Below are positions 38,067 through 46,400 of a DNA stretch of 64,000 nucleotides, piece after piece. The position numbers and the translations under genes are program-made. This stretch comes from an uncultured Planctomycetales bacterium. Its GTDB lineage: Bacteria; Omnitrophota; Gorgyraeia; Gygaellales; Profunditerraquicolaceae. The DNA is taken from positions 116-64,115 of the forward strand of contig CAYXSY010000007.1 in assembly GCA_964467905.1 (NCBI GenBank), written 5' to 3'. Each line of letters begins with the position of its first letter. Within the stretch, counting starts at the first letter, position 1. Below the pieces are notes generated by a model. The model searched no databases, was not told where the DNA came from, and saw nothing but the letters and a program-made list of their open reading frames with translations.

Positions 38067-38092
38067 GCGCAACCAGAAAAAGGAGAGGTTTT

Positions 38093-38860
38093 ATGCGTAA
38101 GGCTATGTGCTTATTATTGTTAGTTTTTGCTCTTCACGGATTTGTTCTCGCAGGCGAAAGTCCAGAAGCCACATTGTTAGGAAAATCCGGTTTTGAGGTC
38201 AGCGGCGATGTTTCGTTTTTCACTCAATACATATGGAGAGGTTTTGTTTTAGACAGAGATGCTGTTTTTCAGCCGGGTATTTATATATCCAGTCCAAAGT
38301 CTAAGTTCGGCAGGGTAAAAGGCGGGTTTTGGTCTAATGTTCCTTTGCAGAATAAAGATGATTTGAGTTCGCAAGAGTACGATTATATATTCGATTACAC
38401 TTATGATTTTAAATATGCGAGCGTATCTTTAGGGCATACTTATTATGATTTTTCCGGCACCCATACTTATAGCAAAGAGTTTTACGTTGGCTTGAACCTG
38501 CCGGGGATCTTTCTATCCCCATCAGTGTATTATTACCGCGATTACGGAGACCCTAAACATGGCGGCGGGCTTGGTAGTTATACCGTTGTAAGCGCTTCCT
38601 ATAGCTTACCGCTAGACTTAAAAAATATACCCTGCAGCCTTGATTTATCCGGTCATGTAGGTTTTAACCATAATTTGTTCATGGATGGCGATGGCGGAGA
38701 TGTTGCTTTAAAAGTAGGTTTTACAGTGCCAATTACCAAGAATCTTAAACTGACGCCCAATGTAAATTATTCTATTCCTTTCGGCGATTTAAGGGATAAG
38801 GACCACGCTAATCAGAAAGACAGGTTCTTTGGAGGCGGAACTTTAGCGTATGTATTTTAG
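38093..38860 (+). CDS. outer-membrane beta-barrel porin (TorF/Gcw_chp-like) linked to amtB
   Basis: Signal peptide MRKAMCLLLLVFALHGFVLA. Alternating beta-strand pattern, an SGDVSFFTQYIWRGF N-terminal motif, and a C-terminal ...LAYVF. Good RBS (AAAGGAGAGG) before ATG 38093. The track TTG start at 38030 is rejected. Confidence 0.6.
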   Translation: MRKAMCLLLLVFALHGFVLAGESPEATLLGKSGFEVSGDVSFFTQYIWRGFVLDRDAVFQPGIYISSPKSKFGRVKGGFWSNVPLQNKDDLSSQEYDYIFDYTYDFKYASVSLGHTYYDFSGTHTYSKEFYVGLNLPGIFLSPSVYYYRDYGDPKHGGGLGSYTVVSASYSLPLDLKNIPCSLDLSGHVGFNHNLFMDGDGGDVALKVGFTVPITKNLKLTPNVNYSIPFGDLRDKDHANQKDRFFGGGTLAYVF

Positions 38861-38881
38861 TTTCTAAAAAGGAGGGAGTTT

Positions 38882-40111
38882 ATGGTAAACGCAGGTGATA
38901 CGGCGTGGGTTTTAATTTCGGCAGCTTTGGTAATGTTAATGGCACCGGCTTTGGCATTCTTCTACGGTGGGATGGTCAGGCGTAAGAATATTTTAAGCGT
39001 CCTTATGCAATGTTTTATTGTTCTTTGCGTTCTAAGCGTGCAGTGGGTATTATTCGGGTACAGTCTTTCTTTCCATCCTTCAGGCGGATTCTGGGGTGGG
39101 TTTGGCTGGGCGGGATTAAATGGAGTAGCTTTAGAGCCGTACGCGGATTACGCAGCTACGATACCGCATCAGGCGTTTATGATTTTCCAGGGCATGTTTG
39201 CGGTCATAACCCCGGCTTTGATTATCGGAGCTTTTGCCGAGAGGATGAAGTTTTCCTCTTTCCTTGTTTTTACATTGCTATGGGCAATGTTTGTATATAA
39301 CCCTCTTTGTCACTGGGTTTGGGGTATAGGGGGATGGCTTCGTAATTTAGGAGCGCTTGATTTTGCCGGAGGTACGGTTGTGCATATCAATGCTGGTATA
39401 GCTGCTTTAGTAACTGCTTTTGTAATCGGCCGCAGGAAGAATCTTGAGCAGAATATTCCTGCACCGCACAATATGCCTTTTGTAATATTAGGTACAGCTT
39501 TACTTTGGTTTGGTTGGTTTGGTTTCAATGCCGGCAGTGCTTTATCCGCCAACGGTATTGCAGTGAACGCTTTTGTAGTTACTAATACTGCTGCTGCAGC
39601 CGCAGGATTAAGTTGGGCATTGATTGAGTGGATACGTAATGGCAAGCCTACAATATTTGGGCTTGCAAGCGGCGCGGTTGCCGGATTAGTGGCCATTACG
39701 CCCGCGGCAGGATATGTTAATGCTATCTCGGCCATCATAATAGGCATAATGGTAAGCATGTTTTGTTTTACTGCCGTAAGCGTTATAAAGCCAAAACTCG
39801 GATACGATGATTCGCTTGATGCTTTTGGGGTGCATTGTGTAGGAGGCATTTGGGGAGCTTTGGCTACCGGATTGTTTGCTTCCAAGGTAGTCAATCCTTC
39901 CGGATCAGACGGGTTGTTTTTCGGAAATCCCAATCAGTTTACGGTGCAGTTAATAGCAGTTTTAATAACTATAGTCTATACAGCCGTTGTTACCATGATT
40001 ATATATAAGGTTGTGGATTTGTTTATCGGGGTCAGGGTTGAAGAGAAGGATGAATTAATCGGTCTGGATGTTACTCAGCACCATGAAAGAGCGTACACTA
40101 TATTAGAATAG
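38882..40111 (+). CDS. amtB: ammonium transporter
   Basis: AFFYGGM, DFAGGTVVHINAG and DAFGVHCVGGIWG (the twin-His pore motifs), with 11 TM helices. Confidence 0.93.
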   Translation: MVNAGDTAWVLISAALVMLMAPALAFFYGGMVRRKNILSVLMQCFIVLCVLSVQWVLFGYSLSFHPSGGFWGGFGWAGLNGVALEPYADYAATIPHQAFMIFQGMFAVITPALIIGAFAERMKFSSFLVFTLLWAMFVYNPLCHWVWGIGGWLRNLGALDFAGGTVVHINAGIAALVTAFVIGRRKNLEQNIPAPHNMPFVILGTALLWFGWFGFNAGSALSANGIAVNAFVVTNTAAAAAGLSWALIEWIRNGKPTIFGLASGAVAGLVAITPAAGYVNAISAIIIGIMVSMFCFTAVSVIKPKLGYDDSLDAFGVHCVGGIWGALATGLFASKVVNPSGSDGLFFGNPNQFTVQLIAVLITIVYTAVVTMIIYKVVDLFIGVRVEEKDELIGLDVTQHHERAYTILE

Positions 40112-40122
40112 GGAGGATTATA

Positions 40123-40464
40123 ATGAAGTTGATAATTGCTATAATACAGCCGTATAAGCTAGAAGAAGTAAAAGAGGAGCTTTATAAGTCGGAAGTTAAT
40201 CTTATTACTGTCAGCGAAGTCCTAGGCCATGGCCGCCAGAAAGGTGTCACGGAATTCTACCGTGGTAATAAAGAAACCGGCAACCTCCTGCGTAAAATAC
40301 GCCTGGAAATAGCGGTAAATGAGGATTTTGTTGAGCCTACGATAAAGGCGATCGTCAAAGGGGCTAAAACAGGAGAGACAGGAGACGGAAAGATTTTTAT
40401 TCTGGATTTAAAAGAGTGCGTGCGGATACGTACGGAAGAAAGGGGCTCATTGGCTATAGGGTGA
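40123..40464 (+). CDS. glnK: P-II nitrogen regulatory protein
   Basis: 113 aa: MKLIIAIIQPYKLEEVKEEL, a T-loop GHGRQKGVTEFYRG containing the Tyr, and a DGKIFI motif. Adjacent to amtB. Confidence 0.92.
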   Translation: MKLIIAIIQPYKLEEVKEELYKSEVNLITVSEVLGHGRQKGVTEFYRGNKETGNLLRKIRLEIAVNEDFVEPTIKAIVKGAKTGETGDGKIFILDLKECVRIRTEERGSLAIG

Positions 40465-40531
40465 AAAAAGATGTTACCAAAGTACAGGTTTATTTACTTG
40501 TATATATAGATAATCAAAGCTCGTTTTTTTA

Positions 40532-40611
40532 GCACATCGTAGTGCAAAAATAGGCATAAAGAAGACAGGGGCGTTCTTCAATCGCAAGGAAGGACGCCTC
40601 TTTATTTTTTT
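40532..40611 (+). promoter_or_regulatory. dual hexaloop hairpins plus terminator between glnK and glnN
   Basis: P1 GCAC-ATCGTA-GTGC at 40532-40545. P2 GAC-AGGGGC-GTT at 40564-40575, overlapping a 13-bp terminator stem (40567-40579/40589-40601) followed by TTTATTTTTTT. An extended -10 TGgTATAAT at 40620-40628 lies downstream of the terminator. Confidence 0.6.
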
Positions 40612-40656
40612 ATAGGCTGTGGTATAATAAAGAAAATTATTCATAGGAGGGTGTAT

Positions 40657-42849
40657 ATGAGTATCCGACAGGAAGCATTATTTAAGATAAAAAGTGTTGA
40701 ATTGCCGAAAGTGGTTTTGCCGAAGAAAACATCTTCTTATTTCGGAGAAAATACTTTTAGCCTTCAGGCTATGCAGAAACATATATCCAAAAGCACTTTT
40801 GAAGCTTTTAAGAAATGGATTTCTGAAGGTAAGACTATTAGCTTAGAACAGGCTAATGAGATTGCCTCTGCCATGAAGGACTGGGCAATATCCAAGGGCG
40901 CTACATATTATACGCATTGGTTCCAGCCTATGACCGGTCTAACCGCGGAAAAGCACGATAGTTTTATATCTATATCTGCTCCGGGAAAGGTCATTGAGAG
41001 ATTTTCAGGCTCAAAGTTGATTCAGGGAGAGCCTGACGCTTCGAGTTTCCCTTCCGGAGGAATACGTGCTACTTTTGAAGCGCGCGGTTACACCGCTTGG
41101 GATCCTTCAAGCCCGGCATTTATTATTGAGAGCAAGCTTGGCAAGACCCTATGTATACCCACCATATTTATTTCTTATCATGGAGAGTCTCTCGATAAAA
41201 AGCTGCCTCTTTTAAGATCAGATGAAGCTTTAAGTAAGGCGGCTATAGGCTTGCTTAAACTATTTGGCCACAAAAATGTAAAAAAAGTATTTTCTACATG
41301 CGGCCCGGAGCAGGAGTATTTCTTGATTGATAAGAATTATTATAATTTACGTCAGGATCTGATTATGGCAGGCAGGACTCTTGTAGGTGCTCCTTCTCCT
41401 AAGGGACAGCAGCTTGAGGATCAGTATTTTGGCACGATTAAAGAGCGGGTAGTAAATTTTATGTTTGAGGTGGCAGAAGAAGCTTATAAGCTGGGTATTC
41501 CTCTTATGACGCGCCATAACGAAGTTGCACCTCACCAGTATGAATTCGCACCTATCTTTGAAGAATCGAATATTGCCGCAGATCATAATCAGCTTTTGAT
41601 GGAGTTAATGAAAAAAGTTGCATTGAGGCATAATTTAGTCTGTCTTTTGCATGAGAAACCCTTTGCCGGGATTAATGGCAGCGGGAAGCATCTTAATTGG
41701 TCTCTTGCTGATGATAAAGGAAATAACTTATTGAATCCAGGAGAGACTCCGGAAAGCAATTTACAATTTTTAGCTGTGCTTGCAGCTGTCTTGAGAGCGG
41801 TTTATCTGCATGCGGATCTGTTGCGTGCTTCTGTGGCTTTGGCTGGCAATGAACATCGCCTTGGTGCAAATGAAGCACCTCCTGCGATTATCAGTGTTTT
41901 CTTGGGCGAACAATTGACCAATATTCTTGATATGATCGAGAAGGGTTCTAAGAGCAGTGTTTCTAAACGGGATATTATTGATCTGGGTATTGCGCGTTTG
42001 CCCAGGTTTAATAAGGACACCACTGACAGAAATCGCACTTCACCTTTTGCTTTTACCGGTTCGAAATTCGAATTTCGCGCGGTGGGTTCATCGCAAAACA
42101 TATCAACGCCTATTACGGTAATTAATACCATTATTGCCGAAAGCCTCGATTATGTGGCAGAGAAGATAAATAGGGCCCAAGAAGGCAGGGATTTCAACAG
42201 CGCGGTTATGCGAGTCATTAGTGAGATTATCAAAGAGACTAAAGACGTGCGTTTTGAGGGGAATAATTATTCTGAGGATTGGTTAAAGGAGGCAAAGAAA
42301 AGAGGCCTGCCAAATGTCGCCGCTACTTATGAAGCGCTCGAGGCTTTAACTAGGAAGCAAAATATAACCATGTTTGAGAAATATAAAGTTTTCTCTAAAG
42401 AAGAGCTTCTTGCAAGATACCATATATGGGTGCATATGTATAACCTTACTCTAGAGATTGAGGCCAATACCTTGAATGAAATGGTTAATGCTTCAGTGGT
42501 GCCCGCAGGCTATGAATATGAGAAATTGCTTGCGCGTACGCTTGATGAGTTGATAAGACTTCAAAAGACCGCTGGTTTGAAGCTGGATGCAGCTGCCGTT
42601 AAGGATAAGAAGGAGCATTTAAGAGATATAGTTTCCAAAATTTATTACGTGCGCCATAATACCGCAGAGATGGTTAAATTGCTGGAGCATGCGCAAAAAA
42701 TTAATAATGAGAAACGCGCCCAGCTTTATTTTAAAGAGCTTAAGCCGCTGATGGATCATATACGCAGGCACGTAGATCAGCTTGAGTGCGTTGTTTCTGA
42801 TGATGCTTGGGATCTTCCTAAATACAGAGAAATGCTTTTTATAAAATAA
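40657..42849 (+). CDS. glnN: type III glutamine synthetase
   Basis: About 730 aa, the GSIII length class, with GSIII-type catalytic motifs (FGENTF near the N-terminus, NGSGKHLNWS, NRTSPFAFTGSKFEFR). AGGAGG lies 6 nt upstream of ATG 40657; the track uses GTG 40651. Confidence 0.88.
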   Translation: MSIRQEALFKIKSVELPKVVLPKKTSSYFGENTFSLQAMQKHISKSTFEAFKKWISEGKTISLEQANEIASAMKDWAISKGATYYTHWFQPMTGLTAEKHDSFISISAPGKVIERFSGSKLIQGEPDASSFPSGGIRATFEARGYTAWDPSSPAFIIESKLGKTLCIPTIFISYHGESLDKKLPLLRSDEALSKAAIGLLKLFGHKNVKKVFSTCGPEQEYFLIDKNYYNLRQDLIMAGRTLVGAPSPKGQQLEDQYFGTIKERVVNFMFEVAEEAYKLGIPLMTRHNEVAPHQYEFAPIFEESNIAADHNQLLMELMKKVALRHNLVCLLHEKPFAGINGSGKHLNWSLADDKGNNLLNPGETPESNLQFLAVLAAVLRAVYLHADLLRASVALAGNEHRLGANEAPPAIISVFLGEQLTNILDMIEKGSKSSVSKRDIIDLGIARLPRFNKDTTDRNRTSPFAFTGSKFEFRAVGSSQNISTPITVINTIIAESLDYVAEKINRAQEGRDFNSAVMRVISEIIKETKDVRFEGNNYSEDWLKEAKKRGLPNVAATYEALEALTRKQNITMFEKYKVFSKEELLARYHIWVHMYNLTLEIEANTLNEMVNASVVPAGYEYEKLLARTLDELIRLQKTAGLKLDAAAVKDKKEHLRDIVSKIYYVRHNTAEMVKLLEHAQKINNEKRAQLYFKELKPLMDHIRRHVDQLECVVSDDAWDLPKYREMLFIK

Positions 42850-42905
42850 AAGCTTTTAGATATATAGAGTACGCTGTAGTATTCTAAAGAATATTTTCTA
42901 AGAAA

Positions 42906-42964
42906 GAACATCGACGTTCATAAAAGTTGGATTATTTTTCCAGCTTGGATGAACGTCTTTTTTT
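42906..42964 (+). promoter_or_regulatory. hexaloop hairpin overlapping a terminator between glnN and the mini-NtrC/gltB genes
   Basis: GAAC-ATCGAC-GTTC at 42906-42919 overlaps the 5' arm of stem GACGTTCAT/ATGAACGTC (42913-42921/42949-42957), followed by TTTTTTT. Confidence 0.55.
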
Positions 42965-43024
42965 ATCCATTATGCCATAATGGAATATTCTTATAACAAG
43001 CATTGATTAAGGTTTGGGCAAAAT

Positions 43025-43402
43025 ATGATAACTATATTGATAGCTGATGATGAAATTAAGGCAAAAGAAAACCTTGTTAACGTGTTAAAGCAGGGCGGCT
43101 ATGACTTAGCGGATGGTTTCGCGGCGGATAATACTATAAGATTTATGAGGAAGAAGGATATAAGTGATTTATCTTTCGTCAGGGATATAGTTATTGAGTT
43201 AGATGATTCTTTGATTAAAGAGAATAAGGGCGCATTATACAGAACTGTACTTGAGGCCATAGAAAAGCCTTTGTTTGAGCGCATACTGGAGCGTACAGAG
43301 GGCAATCAACTTAAAGCCGCTAGGATACTAGGGATAAACCGTAATACTATGCGTACCAAGATGAAGAAATTCGGGATAAATATAAACAAATGGAAAATAT
43401 GA
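43025..43402 (+). CDS. mini NtrC-like protein: receiver-domain remnant plus Fis-type HTH, no AAA+ domain
   Basis: The N-terminus MITILIADDEIKAKENLVNVLKQGGYDL looks like receiver beta1-alpha1-beta2. The C-terminus LYRTVLEAIEKPLFERILERTEGNQLKAARILGINRNTMRTKMKKFGI is a typical NtrC/Fis HTH_8. Only 125 aa. Overlaps the gltB start. Confidence 0.6.
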   Translation: MITILIADDEIKAKENLVNVLKQGGYDLADGFAADNTIRFMRKKDISDLSFVRDIVIELDDSLIKENKGALYRTVLEAIEKPLFERILERTEGNQLKAARILGINRNTMRTKMKKFGININKWKI

Positions 43403-46400
43403 GAGAATATAATCATTTTCCCAGAAAGCAAGGGCTTTACGATCCTGCATTTGAGCATGATGCGTGTGGAGTAGGTTTTGTCTGTAATATCAAAGGTAAA
43501 CGCAGTAATAAGATCGTCCGGCAGGGGCTTGAAGTTTTGGAGCATCTGTCTCATCGTGGCGCAACCGGGGCCGACCCTAAGACAGGAGACGGGGCGGGGA
43601 TATTAATACAGATGCCACATAACTTTTTTGCTGCTATTTTAGATGGCACTAATATTAATCTTCCTGTAGCCGGAGAATACGGCACAGGGTTAGTATTCCT
43701 TCCTGTTGATAGTGCTGAGCGTAATTGGTGCAAGGACTTATTTAGCAAGGTTATCAAAGAAGAGGGGCAGGTTCTATTGGGCTGGAGGAAAGTTCCCGTA
43801 GATAACAGTTGCATAGGGCATACAGCGCGCAGCAGCCAGCCTGAAATCGAGCAGCCTTTCATTAAGAAAAGCGGCGAATTCTCGGATGACCTTGGCTTTG
43901 AAAGAAAACTTTATATTATCAGGAAGAGAATAGAAAACCAAGTGCGGTCTTCAAAGATAAGGCAAAAGAGTTTCTTTTATATTACCAATCTTTCTTCCCG
44001 GACTTTTTCTTATAAAGGTCTTTTAATGAGTGAGCAGTTAAGGAGTTTCTTTAAGGACTTATCCGACGAGCGGATTGCTAGCGCCATATCCCTGGTGCAT
44101 TCCAGATACAGCACCAATACTTTTCCCACCTGGGATTTGGCTCAGCCGTTTAGGTTTATCGCCCATAATGGAGAGATTAATACTTTACGCGGGAATATAA
44201 ATTGGATGCGCGCCAGACAAGGGCTATTGAAAAGTAAGTTGTTCGGTAAGAAGTTAAAACAAATATTTCCTGTTATTGTTCCGGGTGGAAGCGACTCGGC
44301 TACGCTGGATAATGTGTTTGAATTACTCATGCTTTCAGGAAGGGACCTGGCGCATGTTATGCTTATGCTTATACCCAGTGCCTGGGAACAGAACAAACTT
44401 CTTGCTAAGGGATTACGGGATTTCTATAAATATCACGCTTGTATTATGGAACCCTGGGATGGCCCGGCAGCGATTGCTTTTAGCGACGGGAAAAGAGTTG
44501 GTGCGGTGCTTGATAGAAACGGGTTAAGGCCGGCGCGCTATATTATTACCAGAGACGATACCGTGGTTATGGCATCGGAGGTGGGGGTTTTGGATATCCC
44601 TGCAGAAGATATCATTAGTTCGGGCAGGCTTAATCCGGGTAAAATATTCTTTATTGATACAGAACAGGGCCGTATTGTTGATGATAAGCAGATTAAAGAA
44701 GGCATCTCAAAGAAATCTGAATTTGGTTCTTGGTTGAAAAACAATATGCTTGAGTTGGATAATCTGCCTTCTGTTAAGGATAAGAAGCCGGACAAAACAG
44801 ATACGGCTGTTTTGTTGAAGGCTTTTGGTTATAGTCGCGAGGACTTAAAATTCATTATCAAACCCATGTTTGAAAACTCTCAGGAGCCGGTGGGTTCAAT
44901 GGGTAATGATACCCCGCATGCTGTTTTATCGAAGAGGAGCCAGCTACTATATTCTTATTTTAAGCAACTGTTTGCACAGGTGACGAATCCCGCTATCGAT
45001 CCTATCAGGGAGGAACTCGTTATGAGTTTAGACACTTACCTGGGGCCGGAGGGTAATTTACTTGATGAATCAGCTTTACATTGTCATAAGCTGCAAGCCA
45101 GGCGTCCGGTACTTACTGACGAAGAGCTTGCAAGAATACGTTTTATAAAAATTAATGGTTTTAAAACCAAGACTATCCCGTTGCTTTTTAAGGCAGCTGA
45201 TAAAAAAGATTTTTTGAGAGCGCTTGAGCGCATATGCAGGGAGTCAGAGAAGGCCATTAAGGATAAATATACGTTTATTATTTTAAGTGATAGGGGAGTC
45301 AGCAAGGAACATGCGGCTTTGCCTGCTTTACTTGCAACCGGAGCCGTGCACCATTATTTGATAAAGAAAGCATTGCGTAATCAGATAAGCATCATATTAG
45401 AGAGTGCCGAGCCCAGGGAGGTTCATCATTTTGCTCTGCTATTTGGCTACGGCGCAGATTGTATCAATCCCTATCTTGCTTATCGGGCGTTGGGTTATAT
45501 CATAAATGAAGAAAAAACCAAAATCGATTTAAAGACTGCAACGCTCCGTTATATAAAAGCCGTAGATAAGGGGATCTTAAAGATTCTTTCTAAAATGGGG
45601 ATTTCTACTCTACAGAGCTACCGCGGGGCCCAAATATTTGAAGCTTTTGGTATAAACGATAAGGTTATAGAGCGCTGTTTTGCAGGGACGGCCTCCAGAA
45701 TAGGCGGTGTTGATTTTGAGCAGATTCGCAAGGAGTGTGTTTTAAGGCACGGTGATGCTTTTGTCTCCATAGGATCAGCCAATCCTAATCTGGACACAGG
45801 AGGTATATATCAATATAAGAAAGACGGGGAGTTTCATCTCTGGAATCCCGATAGCATATCCGCCTTGCAGGATTCCGTCTGGAATAATGATTATAATAAA
45901 TACAAGATTTTTGCCGGATTAATAAACAATCAACAGGGCAATCCTACGACATTAAGGGGATGTTTGAAGTTTAAAGTTGCTCAACCTGTACCGATAGAGC
46001 AAGTTGAGTCAGCTGAATCTATAGTTAGGCGTTTTGTAACCGGAGCAATGAGTTTTGGATCGATCAGCAAGCAGGCGCACGAGACGATGGCGATAGCTAT
46101 GAATAGGATGGGCGCTAAGTCTAATAGCGGAGAGGGCGGAGAAGATCCGGAGCGTTTCTTTCCACTCCCAAACGGGGATTTACGCAGAAGCGCGATTAAA
46201 CAAGTTGCATCCGGGAGGTTCGGCGTTACCACTAATTACCTGATTAACGCAGATGAATTACAGATTAAGATTGCGCAGGGGGCAAAGCCGGGAGAGGGGG
46301 GGCAGCTGCCGGGGCATAAAGTAAGCCCTATAATTGCCAAGACGCGTTATACAACCGCAGGCGTAACTTTGATTTCTCCACCTCCGCATCACGATATTTA

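Noticed and set aside
39310-39933. A 207-aa minus-strand ORF antisense to amtB. Similar long antisense ORFs lie at 36291-36929 (212 aa), 11157-11579, 25605-26027, 49832-50233, 21510-21899 and 5405-5800.
   Set aside because: All lie entirely inside strongly supported plus-strand genes. They have low-complexity or compositionally odd translations (Pro/Ala/Ser/Ile-rich), no RBS and no recognisable motifs. They are typical shadow ORFs.
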